DNA of 64,000 bases, taken from assembly GCA_012295275.1 (NCBI GenBank), contig CM022671.1:11842001-11906000 (forward strand), given 5' to 3'. Below the pieces are notes generated by a model. The model did not search any database. It saw nothing but the letters and a program-made list of their open reading frames with translations, and was not told the origin of the DNA. How positions within the stretch are numbered: position 1 is the stretch's first letter; the number at the start of each line of letters is the position of its first letter. The stretch comes from Chrysomallon squamiferum. Taxonomy: Eukaryota; Animalia; Mollusca. Shown one piece after another: positions 36,001 through 51,000 of the stretch. Position numbers and translations under genes: made by a program.

Positions 36001-39000
36001 TACTCCTTACTATTAATCCTGTTTACATACGTGAATAATTTAAAAAAATTATTTCTTGTATTTCTATTATAAAAACTATTAATATCTATTGCTGTTATTT
36101 TGTTTACAGTTCCATTACTGATTTATGTAACATGAAGTTAGAAAGTTGCAGTGTATCTGCAACAAGGGCAACAACTCCTACAATCTCAGTATGCAAGACA
36201 ATATGTGAACCGTTTATACTGTTCTCTCCTTAAAGTTCTTTTCTTTTCCTTTTACTAAATGATGATGGGATGGTAACAATAAAAATGATAATAATGTGAT
36301 AATAATTATATATGCACTTTTAATGAAGCTGTTAATGGCCATTTTTTTATTGTTTATTTGGTTTTGGAGGCTTTTTATGTTTGTTTTTTTTCTTTTTGGG
36401 GTCTATTTACTTCCGTACCTCTTTTTCTTTCGCTGTCAACTCCACCTCCATACTTGATCTTTTCAGGATGTCCATGGCTTGTTCTGCATCTGGATTCTTC
36501 TGTATCTGCTGTGCAGACTCCACTGACTGACTTGCAGACGCCAACTGCTGCTTCAGTTGTTCCACCTGACGTTCTGCCGCTGCCGCTCTCTACAAACACA
36601 TTACATCACTTTTTAATAACAGTTTTACAAAAACTTTCATATATAAATGATTCTTAAATTTCAGAAAATAGAATATTTATTAGCATCATTCTGGATTGTT
36701 CAAAAAATGTTTACATCTCATAAACTGAAAGTAGTATTTATTTCTATATGTCTTAAAAATAAATAATAAAAAAATAATAATTTCAAAACATTGTAAATAT
36801 TTATGTTTTTTTTTTCATTTTACTTTTTTTTTCTTAATAGTAAAAATGATATTTTAATGCAAAACACAGTTTAATATTACTTTTATTTAATATTCAAAAA
36901 GGATTATTCTTGGATAGTTATTGATTTTCAAACTTAACAAATTGGCATAACATTTGTTATTAATTCTGATTTATTTATTTGTATGCATCTGTTAAAAATG
37001 TTAATAATTCCCATCAATTAAAATTAAGAACATCACAAATTTCTTCATTCTTTACTGATGTATTATGACATTAAATAATAATTAATTAATCTTCAGTAAA
37101 CATTTTGTTTATAAAGATGCAAGATATTTAAAATAACTTTGAAACATCAATTTAGATACATTTTAACAATTTTGGTATTTATGCACTAAAATTATAATTA
37201 ATAAAACAAATTCTTTCTCTAAAGTTTAAATTATTTTGGAACAGTTAAAAATTCCTCAACATATAAGATGTTTGTACCTCATTAGCACGTTCAACATCTG
37301 ATATCACCATTTCCATTTCATCTGACCTGTAAATAAGAAAAATAAAATAACACACACACACACACACACTAGCTGCATCATAAATCAGTGATCATCACAT
37401 TATTAATTAGTCTTTTATCTGCAACAGTAAAAATTCAATGTACAAATATAAACTGCTAAATTACCTTCTTCAACACTGCCCCATTTATATAAATAAATCA
37501 GTTTTTGATGACATTTCAGAAAGGAAACATACTGAGATTTTGATAAAATTACTGAAATGTTATCATAATAATATGTTGTCAAGCAATATACTGTAATCTG
37601 AACCATTTGTGTAGATATATGTTAACTTTCTAACACATGCTTTACTTAGGATCATATGAAACTTTTAAACTGAATTGACAAAGAGCATTTTCCTTAAAAC
37701 CATTATAGGTAATACTAACTGATAATCTTTGGCAAACTATTATAAATTGGAGTTTTCATTTTTAAACAATGTTTGAAGTAAATAACCATGAAATCTCAAA
37801 AAGTGCTGAAAAATCTTTAGAAATGGTTAAATGACGATGCATTTCTTTTTACTTGCTATTTCTGCAACAATAAAAATGCATTATGTAGCACCTCACATAT
37901 CATATATGATGCTCCGTATGCTTAATAACTTATTTCATTTTATATTTGTATCAAACCACTGAAGAGATAAAAATAAATATATGAATAAATGATAGATAAA
38001 ACAACTTTTATAACAGTTGTGTCTGGAAGGACTAGTCTTATCAGTTAACAATGGATTTTTTTATAAACACTAGTCAGGAATACACATATTACTCTTCTTA
38101 TTACTCTTCTCTGAAGGCACTGGCTGGAATGAGAAATAACCTATGTGTACAATAAAGAGGGTTGATCTGGAAACAAGCCTCAGAACTTTGTTCTAATCAC
38201 AGAGTAACATTTGATGTTGTCTTAACTCAGCAAATAAACTGATCTGCTTTATAGAAAATACATGTAATAATTTAAAATTATTCCAACATAAACATCCACA
38301 CCAGTATACTTAGTTATATTTATAATAGTCACTGAAAAAAATATAAAATAATACTAGTGCATAATTCTCAGTTGTAAGACAGTTTTAAATTATTGATAAA
38401 AAAAATATATGTTAATAATATAAAAAATTAGCTCAGAAAGAAATTATGTATCTGACGTGATTCACTGGTGATTATAATCAAGATATTCTGAATAATATTT
38501 ATATACTTCAGAGAAATTGTTTTGTCTTTTCTGGAAACAACTTGTAGTTCCAGTTTATAATTCATTACTTTTTAGTTTTGTTTGTTTATTTATTTATTTA
38601 TTTGTTTTAAATCACAGAGAAATGCCAACCTTCGTGTATTCTTACTTACTAATTTTTTTGTCTGACTTTACTAATATGGTTGATAATGAAAAAGAAATAA
38701 ACTATCAGCTGAAAGTATTCAGAACATATTTACACAAAACAAGTAAGAGCTCAAGATGAAGATTAAGACTAATTATCAACAGAGAAGCAATGAATGGGGG
38801 CTAATCCCTCACTTGTACAGACTTTAAAAACATTTGAAATAAGAATATTATCTCTTTTTATATAAATATATGTACACAAAAATAGTGAAATAAACCACTC
38901 CACAGGTTCTTATCAAACGAGCATTATTAAAAATATCTGAGCTCTGTGTGATCTCACAGATAGACATTCTTAAGATGAAAGCTGCACAGGAAAACATTAA

Positions 39001-42000
39001 TTTCAACAAGCCAGCCAGAAGAGGTGACTCAACTAAGATTAAATGGAAAATTCAAACTTTCAGAATTCCTGCCATCCATCAGTGGAAACACTTGGTTTTT
39101 ACTTTCTCTGAATTGAATAATAAAACTACTTTTAATGAGCATCTGTGTTTTCTTATCCAAACAGTAAGAAAATTCATGTGGCAAAGATCAAATTTTTTCT
39201 TGTTAAAAAACATACAACTTGAAAGAAACTGTTTTGACAAGCTTGTATAAACAGGACTTATTTAAAATGTTTTTTTGTTTTTTTTTATTCTAAGTACAAA
39301 CATAAAGTTTTAATTTTTAGTTAAACAATAACATCAAAATAAAAAAAAAATTAAATAATAATAAAGACAGGTGACCTCAAAATTTTCTTTTTAAAAATAT
39401 TCTGTAATTACAGCTTCAGTTTCTAATGTGAAGTGTCCATTATGTACAAAGTTCCACTGTGCTAATTAAGATCTATTGGTATGGTGTTTCGATGTCAAGA
39501 GATAGAAAGGCAGACTTTTTATATGTTATTTACTCACAATCAAAAAGCACAGTAAATTTTGTTTCACTGTCATTATTCCCAATTAAGATTGCATAATGTT
39601 CCAGATAGGCAAAGGCTGGGCCATGTTAAATAGCCATTATCTTAACATGGTATTCAAATTAGTATTTATGGACCAGTCTATACCCATTTTCTTTATATCC
39701 AGATGTCTACAACCCAGTGATGGTAGGGGGAATAAAAGAAATAATAATTATATGCTGTGAAAAGAGTTTTCTTTATTACTTTCTGTTAAATGATTTTAAT
39801 TAAAAATATTAATAGTAAAACTTTCAGTAAAAGTTAGTTTTGATGGTTTTAAATCAAGGAAAAAATGCATTTCTGTCTACTGCAATGTAGTGAAATAGAT
39901 TTATCTTCAAAAACTCTCTAAAGAAAGTTTTAAACTTTTAAACTATACCTAATTCCACATAAAATATTTCAAATCAGATTTTAAAAAAAAGAAAAAGAAA
40001 CTTGTCTTTTTGTACATATTATCTGTTGTTAGTAATATTTAAAATTTTTAAATCACCATCTCTTTTGTTTTTATTTATTATTTTTGTAGATCTTGAAATA
40101 TTTGTAATACATCTAGGTTACCATGAAATACATTATCTGACTCTGAAAATCATAACGTTTTCTTTCCTTACGCACAAGTAAGATACCAAGATTACAGAAT
40201 CACATATCTAAATAAGGTTTTAGGTACAGCTAACAATAAATCTAAATTAGAAATATCTTTTAAAAAGTATGGGGACCACCCAAAAGGTTCATTTTTTAAA
40301 ATGAATTTTGATAAACTAATTCTAGAACTATGTATGGAATGCATGTTCTTGCTGGGTCTGACATTTATTTCTGAGTGTTATCCCAGACATTATTCCACGA
40401 AATGAATTATTCTGTAACCATATTTAACCCATTATGTCATTGTTCAGTTTGAAATCCCAGCCAACAACACCAATATTGTCTTTCTACCATTCCTTTATTA
40501 ATCATCAAATGTCACTGCAGTGTCATTAACCATTCACCATCATTTATCACTCGCTGCAGCCAACCTCATGTGACACTTGTCAGAGATATGAGGGTGACTT
40601 CCCTTGAATGGCAATACATTACTAAGCAATTAGTCCATTCTAAATGACACCAAAGATCAGAAGAAGCAAGTTGGCCAGAGGCAAAGGAGACACTTAAAAT
40701 CTGCCAAACACTTGACTTAAGACAATGCATTCATCAAATGCATTTACTGTCCACAGGAACAATTCCCTAACCTTGTATGAATCTGAGTAAGCAGAAATTT
40801 TGAGAGGTCAAGAGGTCATTTGATATATAGTGTTAACCTGCTTATCTGTCAGATATTGGAAACCTCCATCACGCACCTGTTAGATTGGTGTTGTTTGGTT
40901 AAGAATGATTAATTTAGTTAAAAGTTTAAAGCTGGAACAACTTGTTTAATGTATGTATTTGTCAAAATGTTCAGGAAAACACTGTTTTTGTTGGTGACTG
41001 AATCAAATTTGATTAAGAAAACAGTATATCACTCTATTTAAACAATAATCTTAAAATAGAATATTTCTGGTAATAGTGTAACCTAAATTTTTTTCTTTTT
41101 CTGAGCATTATTCTGTCAATCTACTTCAAGATAGTTCATCTATAAAACATGAAAAAAAACAAAAAAACTTTCTGAAATGTGTTTTTGAAATTTCTGTTTC
41201 TCATTTACAATTAATGACAACAGAGACTCAAAGATTCTTATAACTAAAAGTACTCCCCACAATTAACCCACTTTGTTACTTCAGAATATGAACAGTAATG
41301 TCATATTCATTTCAAAGTAAACATATTAATTATTATGACAGAAATTTATTTTCCTTTTACATGTTTAAAAGTGCTCTGTTCATGCATCAGTTGACAGAAT
41401 GTACAATTATATAAGTTATTAACTGAAACATTATAAGAACTGTATGTAACACACAGCTCTACACTTTAATTATTCTAAACGTACATTAACATTAATATAG
41501 TCTTTAGTTTGAAAATACCTTCCCATTTTTCTTCTTCAGTAAAATATTCTGCTTAGCTGTATTAATTATTAGTGAATATTGATAACTGATAATTTCAAGT
41601 AGTGATATTTTGAGATGGCCAAAATTAAATAATGTTATAAATTTAAAGAACATTTTTGATGGTGCAGAAAGCCTCATTCAGGTGACACATTTATTTACTG
41701 TAACAACAAAATCAGTAGGAAAGTAAAACAAAATGACTTCATTCTTTAAAATGGTAGGAGAAAAACACAGAGATTAAACACAAAAAAATATATATAAAAA
41801 AAAAATAAAAACAAAAAATAAAAATAATCAATGGCTATATGAAATCCAAAATCAATTTTACTCGCTTCATCTCTTTGTGTGCATCAACTTTTCTTTTTAT
41901 TGGTCTCTAGGGGTTCTCACTTTGTTGTCATGGAAATTCCATAGTTACAAATTCAATTATTGATTGTACTGTGTTCATCTGTAGCTCATCAATATCATAT

Positions 42001-45000
42001 AATTGATGAACTCTGTATTGATATTAGAGGCGACCACTGGCTCTGATCCCAGCAGATTTCTCTTCGCTTGTCTAATGATTATCCTTATTGATTAGCACTG
42101 CTAGCTACAACTTTGCAGAACACACAGATTTGAATCTTTTCAAAATAAAGGTAATTAGAAACAGTAGTTAAGAGGAAATGTCAAATGAGATCTTCCTTCC
42201 TTACTTAAATACAAACAGGATTTTTCTACATGATTTGTTTGTATCACTGACACACTAATCATTATACAAAAAAATGTTTAAAAAAAATCTATATTTTATT
42301 TTAAATATATAATTAACATACTGTAACAGTTGCACAGAAAAGAAAAAAGATCTTATTTAATGATTATCCTTCATTTAAAATATGTCACTGACATTCTACA
42401 GTTAAAAAGAAATGAAAATACAATATTCTTATTCTAAGTGTACCATTCAGAATTTCAGAAATAAAAATTATTATGTAAAACAAATCTAACTAAAATCTAA
42501 CTTTAAATATATTTATTTTTATTTATTTATATAGTCTAGAAAAGAAAAACAAATCAAAATAGTTGAATTGTTTAAAAATGTAGAGCAAACCATATACTGT
42601 ATTGATAGTAGATTTTAAAGTAAAATAATACTATTAGTGGATGTTACAAAGGGAGTGAGCTGTTTTTTGGGGTATGACTGATTATGGGTTCAATCCTACT
42701 ATGCTACTGCTTTGGTCTGTAGTAATTCTAGCCAGTTACAGCTGAATTATCAAAGACTAATGTTTGAACTTTCTGTGTATGAGAGAATAAATGTCAATGA
42801 TTCGTTTCTGCTGGCAGAAATTAGCTTATACCATTATTAAAAAAATAAACACTAATTCTTAAATTTGAAATATTCATTCATTTACCTCAAAGCAGATAAA
42901 TTAATAATCTTAGAAAAAGAAGCAGACACATAAATTCAACACATTAAAGAAAAAGAAAAATGATATCTGAATTTTTTCAAATTGAATTCATCTTTTGCTC
43001 ATAAAACACTAGCAGAGATCTACTAACATATTGATTAAAATGAGCCAGGCTGTCAGTAATCTAATGCTTTCTGGGTTTCTGTGTCATTTCTGACTTAATG
43101 CCACCTCATTCAGAATAATTTGTCTAACACAAGATTTAATGAATATTAAGAACACAAGTAAAATTCTTTTAACAAATTATAGTACATATTTATAATAACT
43201 TTTAAAAAAGCAAAAAAAAAAAAAAAAAAACAGAAAGAAAGAAAGAAAGAAAAAACTGTATAACAATACTGATATTTTAGAATACTGTTATAAAAATAAA
43301 AATATTAATAAACATACAGCTACAGTGAGAAAAAGAAATAACTACATTCTCTTCATTATGTATCACCAGGAAACGGTTGTGTCCAAACCACAGATATGTC
43401 ATTTGAAATATATAAATCAAATTCTCTAACATTATTTAATTTCTATACCACATAATGCTAACTTGGACAGAAAAAATATCACATCACCATCACCCAACAA
43501 CTTTTATTTCAGAGAGAGAGAGCATTAACTTAATCAACACATTTCATTTTAAACACCAGACAGCTAAAAATAATTTATTTTCTGTTCCCAAAACTATTAA
43601 GAAAACTGTCACAGAACTAATTAATGTTCAAGGAAGTTGTTTTTGAGTGAAATAAAGAACATGACACTGTCTAAACTATTAAAATGAAGAATGCTGTAAA
43701 ACATGTCAATTTATGATTCTCACTACTTACTTTGCTGACGTTGCTTCATCATATTTTGACTTCACCTCAAACAGTTCTGACTGCACTGCTTCAAGGGCTG
43801 AAAAAAGTTTTAAAATTATATATATAATACAAAAAAAAAGAGAAGAAATGCTAAAGTAATCATTAAATCATGCAACAGTTCAAATATACATTAAAAAAAT
43901 AAAATAAAAAACATAAATACATAATTGACTACTATAAAATATCAAACAAGAGCACCACAGTACAAAATCTTCCCAGTGTCAATTAATAAGCCACAAAAAC
44001 CATTTTTAAAATTAATGTTTTTACCTGAAATGATTAAAAAAATATTTGTAAATAATTGAAATATATCATTTTATGTATGTTGTAACTTTAAATAAAGCAT
44101 AAATTAAATGAACTGTCAACACTGCCACTCTTGATGATTTCTAAACAAAACAGCAGTTTTTAGTTTTTTTCCATATTATCTTCTAATTATTGTGAAAAAA
44201 CTTTTTTCAACTGTTTTACAGATTCACTCTTGTTTTTCTTAACACTAATAAAAAAGAAAATTTAATAAACTCTTTGTTCAATTTTTCTTTTTTTGCTGCA
44301 CCTTATTTTATTGGTTTTACTTTTTTTTTTTTTTCATACTTTCTTTATTCCCCCCCCCCTTTTTTTTTGGTTCTTAAATTAATTTTTATGACAATTTCTA
44401 ATTTCTTTTTCCTTTTTTAAAATTTCACTTTGCCAAGATATATTCTATTTTAAATAAAGGTATTTGAGAAAATACTTTGCTTTAAATTCAAATACATCAG
44501 ATTTTCTTTTTTATTAATTTTAAGAAGTCAGACTGTTGCAAATAAAAGTATAACAGTATTTAGTATTCTATGACCTTTTGATTATACTAACATATAATAC
44601 TATCAACTTCAAAAGAACAATATTAATTAATGTCTGGAATTTAGTGTTTGTGATCTGTCATGATTCCCAAAGTATATATTCAAAAATTAATTCTTGAAAA
44701 AAAAAAAAAAAAAAAAACCACACCCTGAATTAAATATATATATATATACTACCCATCCAAACACACACACATACACACATTCACATATATATTTATTTTA
44801 AACCTTTGGAAACAATTAAAGGTATGTTAAAGCTAAAATAGAGAAAGATTTGTCACAGATATAGAAAACAACAAGACAGACACAACACCTTAATACATCT
44901 GGCACATTACTTTTTGATGTCAACATATCATACATACTGATGAAAAGTTGAGAGGTCAAATTTTTATAATAAATGTTAAGCAAATTCTATGATGAGGATT

Positions 45001-48000
45001 TACAAACAAATAACTGTAAAATGAAACCACAATACTAAGTGATATTTTTATATATATATATATATCATGTATTTTCAAATTATGATCACTGCAGCTAAGA
45101 AAAGGGAGTGGGACATTTAGTTTTATTTATTTGTCTAAACAAAACTTAATAAAAAAAAAAAAATTTTTTTCTTGTTTTATTGCTGTTTATTTTAAACATA
45201 AATTTTAGCCTTTTTAATGTTAATTTGATGTTTTCATCTCTCTCTCTCTCCATGTGTGACTGAAAAAAAAACCCACCGAAATAATAAGCAGTTAAAACGA
45301 AAATTACAGTTCTTCTAATCATTCTTTTTCTGTGATTTCTGACAGTTTTAATTTATTAATTTCTAACAGTTTATCTGCTTCTCTTTTGCACACTCTCAAG
45401 ATAATACTTATATCATTACTTGTTAGGGTCATACATTTTTCCTTTCAACTTAAAAATAATTCAACATAACTTTACTACAGTACTGTTTAAGCCAATTAGG
45501 TAAGATTTTATAAGAAATATACTTTAATAATTTATTTTTAATTGCTTGTATTATTTCTGTTTATTTATTTATTTTTATTTTTTGTGGCTTTTTTTTATTG
45601 TTGATATTGAATATTAAAAAGTGAATACAGAATCATAATTCAGCATCAGCTGTTTATATATGAAGTTATCAATCAAATGTGATGCAACACATGGCACTGA
45701 CATATACAACTGTGTTCCAGTAGAGGCAGATCCGTAGATACATGCAAGTCAATAGAAAGAGATTATATAATACAAACCTAACAAATTTTTCCTTCATTCA
45801 AATGATGAGTTAATCATTGAATGAAGGAACAACTTACAAATCTGCATATGCTTTAATATTCATGTGAAGAATAGTAATTCAATTTAAAGTCTTTTTAAAA
45901 TGGGAGTTTTTCCTCTGAATCTGATAGCCATTTAGTTTCACATAATCTATAATTACCAGTGATATCAGTTATTCAGGATGTGTAACATCAACATAAAAAT
46001 TGATGTAACCAGCATTAGTTGTTCTGGTTTGTTGGTTGTGTGGATATTTTTAGTGAATGTTTTGAATGTGTCTTCTGAGCAAATCACTGAAGCTTATAAA
46101 ATGTCTGACATGACTAGTGAAGTACTACAAATACATAAATGTAGACCAACACTTTATTGATTTCTAATTAAACCTCCCCCCAAAATAACAACAACAACAA
46201 CAATAATAATAATTAAAAAACCCAATAAAATTAAAATATAACTGATTAAAAAAGAAACTGAATTATGATCTTCCCTTTTCACATATGTGAAACAGTACTG
46301 TAGAGTATTTTAAGTTGAAATCAGTTAACATATACTCTACTTCCTTCCTTTTGTCTGCAGAAATACAAAACAAAGTAAAATGCTTATGATGAATGTTCAT
46401 TTTGTTCCAGTTTTAATAAGAATTAGAAAACAAAAATGAACCCTTTAAAAAGAAAGACAGGAATTGGTAACCAATATAGAGATGGATGAAAATAAATATT
46501 AAAGAAAATAAACAGACAAATGAATAAATAAAACAGATGGAATGAGTGATGAATGAATGGATGGTTTATATGGATTGACTGACTGATGTATGATTAGGTA
46601 GATGAATTGACAGACAAGTGAGTGGATGGACTAACAGACAAAAACACACACAGACAAATTGGCGAATATTAATCTCACCAGCATGAAGGGTAGATATTTT
46701 CTGTTCGGCTTCTCCTAGTTTTCGGGCAACTGCTAGCTGTGTTTCCTGAAGCTGACGTTCTTTTTCGGCAAAAAATCTCTGCAACTCTCGTTCTTTTTCT
46801 TTGGTACGTAACTGAATTAAAGAAATTTTTTTTTTTTTAAATAAATAAATAATATTAAAACAAATTAAAGCTGTGAATTAATAAAATTATGAAGGTTATA
46901 AAACATTCAAAGACACCAAAAAATGCAACAAGTAATTTACATAAAATAGTCAAAGAACTAATATACAACAGGTGTGCTTCAAAACAGCTTGCTCTGATTA
47001 GCAGGTCAATTTTTCACTCACTTGCTCACTACACAAGATGTCATTACAAGTTGTTTTTTTTTAAAGCTGAAAGTGACTAAGTGTGGACATCTTGTTAAAA
47101 GTCTTTATAAATCACAACATTTATACAATCTTTGAAGTCAGTTTGAAAATGTTATGTAATCTTTACAGCACACAAATAGGTTTAATCAGGATGAGTTGAT
47201 GAAAACAGAGATAGAACAAATAATCCACCTTTCACTCACTGATGACAACTTGAAAACATTCTGCATGATTTTCAAAGTAAAACTCATTTCTTTGCAAATG
47301 ACACATACCTTTACAAAGAAACAAAGAACGCATCATCTCTGTCAACTAGTCCAATAACTGTGTCCAAAGCCCAGTTGTCGTAGGACATAAACGACATAGG
47401 TAATAAATAACAATGAACTGGTTCTCAGATGAGATATATATACATGCATGTATGTAGAGTTATGTCTATGATCCCATTCTGTCAACTGAACATGCTTGAT
47501 TGATCTTCACCTACTTCCCTCAGTGCTGGCTCCGATTAAAAAAGTTTTAAAAACAAGAACTAGATATTAAAAACACCACAATGGTACGAGTAATTACAAA
47601 TCTTATGTGTCATCAATCACCACATTAAAAGATTTTCAATTATTTCTTGATGAAAGGACTTTCCCAGCAATATGGTTTACTGTGTTAGGCTTTTATCAAG
47701 TGTTACATCGTTTTTGTGGGTAGTGAAGCAGAACAGTTTACAACTACCAGACTGAAATGGGACGTCTCTGGAACCAAACTGTCATCTGGGAAAAACCATT
47801 AGTTTCTATCACCTGTCATCCCACAAACATTATTCAATTCCATGTCAGGTTCAGAGATTCCAATCAATTAACAGGTTAACCCAGTTCATTAATTGTCATT
47901 ATATGATGTAAACAAACTGAAGACAATTTACTTACATGTTGATCACAAGGCAGATTAATTATGAATTCACTTCATTTAACTCACGCCATGTATCTACTTA

Positions 48001-51000
48001 ATTCACCTAAAAAACAGTCTCACTAAATGACAGCTATGACCATCCTTGAGATTAAAAATAACAATGCTTATAAATCACTTAATTCAATAATAAAAAATTG
48101 AAAAAACTAAAAAAAAACTAAATAAATAAAAATATTTTAGTTTCCTAGAGTGTATTAAAAAGTCCAATTAGGGATAACTGTTTAACATTTATATTTTTAA
48201 TTATTGTAAAATGACAGACCACAGTGAATATATCAAAATTAATGTTAATAGTTTTAAACTGTATTTTTAGATTTATTAATTCATGACACTTGTACTTGCT
48301 TTCACCCAAACAAGTATCAGATATAAAAAAAAAAAATTAAAAAAATTAATCTGTATTTGTATTTGTAACTTAAATTCTGAAATTTTACATTTTAAATATA
48401 ATATATATATATTTTTTTAAATAACATTTTTGCACCCTTTTACTTGAATAATAAATTTTATATATCATCTTTACTTAAACTAATAAAGTATGATCTTTTT
48501 AATTTATATTTAAGATTGTGAGTTAAAATTATGTAATTTCTCTTTTTTCTTTTTCCATTCCTTCTTTATTTTATTTATTTATTAGTTTTGTACTTGATGC
48601 ATATCATTAATTGTCCATTACAGTATGACAGTACTTTAATAATCTATGGACCATTCTAATTTTAAATCAAATCAAAAAGACTTGTTTTAATTAAATTTAA
48701 AAAAAAAAGAAGTAAATTTAATAATTTACTGAATAATACAAATGACTGATCTTAGAAGTTAAAAACAAACATTAAAAAAATAATAATAAAAATGGACACA
48801 ATAATCATAAACAACTAATAAATTACAATTCCCCCTCTTCTCTCTGACTGTGGTGATTGTCAAGGGGACTGGTGACTGAAGTAACAATGATCCCAACAAC
48901 TATTTAGTCATAAAACTGATGCAGTGTTCAATAAAGGCTGGAGAAAGTGATAATTACAACTACAACCTCTAGAGGAATTGACAATTTCTTTCTGATTGCA
49001 GTTTCTAAAATTTCTTGTCGCTTAACAATATCAGAGTGAAGCCTGAATCAATTGTTTTGGCACTCGTCATGCTGTAATCATTTTCCTCAATCAAGTAAAT
49101 TGATTCCAGATTCAGAAGCTGGCCCCCAGGTAACATTTTTCTTTTCCGAAGAGAATATTTTGATAGGTTTTAATTGAATGATACACAAGCAGTGGCTAGT
49201 GTATGCTCCAAGCAGTGACTAGTGTATGCTCCAAGCTCTATTTTCTCTAACTGCTGCCCATAATGGATGAACTGAAAGAAATTGTCAGACTGCACCAGCA
49301 GCACTTGTAGATACATCATTATATAAAGTCAACTGAACAACTGTTTAAACACACACTAGTGTATTCAAACACAGACACAAACGGACACCACACACATCAC
49401 ACAAACACAACAAAATCATGCATGCACATATAACCACAAACACACAGTTGCTTATACACATACATTCACACACTCATTGACCCAACCACACACAATGCAG
49501 TCTTTACATCCAAATTAAAGGAAAATAAAATTTTAAATGTATTCATTTGGTAAGTTGTCAAGTCATAAGAATTAAAAAAATGCTGCTGTGCTGCAATTAC
49601 TGAAATGTTTTGTGTATATTATAATCATAGATGTCAAAAAAGTAATTAAGCACACTTAGTAATAATTTTTGATTGTCAGTTTAAACTTGCTTCCACTAGA
49701 TCTCACTCATAAGTTTTTTGTTTGCTTTTGTATTTCTTTTCTTTTTTTTTTAACTTTAAATTTTGGTAATTTATTATATTTCATTGTGATCTATTTCTCA
49801 CTGAATAAAACTCATCTTAAACTTATTGATACTTACTTTTTAAAATAAATAGTCAATGTGAATAATAACAATAATTTTGTTCTTCAACAAAACCAAACCT
49901 CTGTAATTTATAAGAATAGTTACATCATAAAAGACCTAAGAGAATAGTTACTGCCCTTGGATTACTAAAAACATTTCTCAACAATTTCAAGTTCTTGACT
50001 AAATACATTTAAATTTGCAAATAAGAAATTCAAAGATAATTAACCTAACTATCAGATACATTTTATATTAAAAAAATTAAATATGTTTGGTATGAAGATT
50101 ATAATTTATGCCAGAAATATATTTTATGATTTTGTGTTAGTAATGTAACATTTTACAAGTTGATAGTCACATAATTTAATATTATGACTTTTTGCAACAA
50201 CATTGTCTAATAAAGTAACCTTTCACATGATTTAGTATACAACTCTACATGATACTATCACATACTTTAGTATGTAACTCTACATATTATCACGATTTTG
50301 AATGTAACTCTCTATATATTATTACAGGTTTTAGAATGTAATGCTCTACATGATACTATCACATGATTTAGTATGTAACTCTCTACATGATGCTATGACA
50401 TGATTTAGTATGTAATTCTCTACGATACTATGACATGGTTTTGAATGTAATTCTCTACATGATACTATGACATGGTTTTGGATGTAATTCTCTACATGAT
50501 ACTATGACATGGTTTTGAATGTAACTCTACATGATACTATGACATGGTTTTGAATGTAATTCTCTACATGATACTATGACATGATTTTGAATGTAATTCT
50601 CTACATGATACTATGACATGATTTAGTATGTAATTTTCTACATGATACTATGACATGGTTTTGAAATGTAACTCTACATGATACTATGACATGGTTTTGA
50701 ATGTAATTCTCTACATGATACTATGACATGATTTTGAATGTAATTCTCTACATGATACTATGACATGATTTTGAATGTAATTCTCTACATGATACTATGA
50801 CATGATTTTGAATGCAACTCTACATGATACTATGACATGATTTTGAATGCAACTCTACATATGATCACATGATTTTGAATGCAACTCTCTGCATGATATT
50901 ATCGCATGAAATATTATGTAAATCTACATGATGGTACTATCACTTTAACTTTCTACACACTATCACATGATTTAGTTTTAATATGTAATCTTCTACAGTT

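Noticed and set aside
36358-36657. Track ORFs of 99 aa (+) and 74 aa (-)
   Set aside because: The true coding frame is a different minus-strand frame (exon 36419-36589)
42680-42700. tRNA gene suggested by a B-box-like GGTTCAATCC
   Set aside because: No cloverleaf stems or intact A-box; better explained as a decayed SINE
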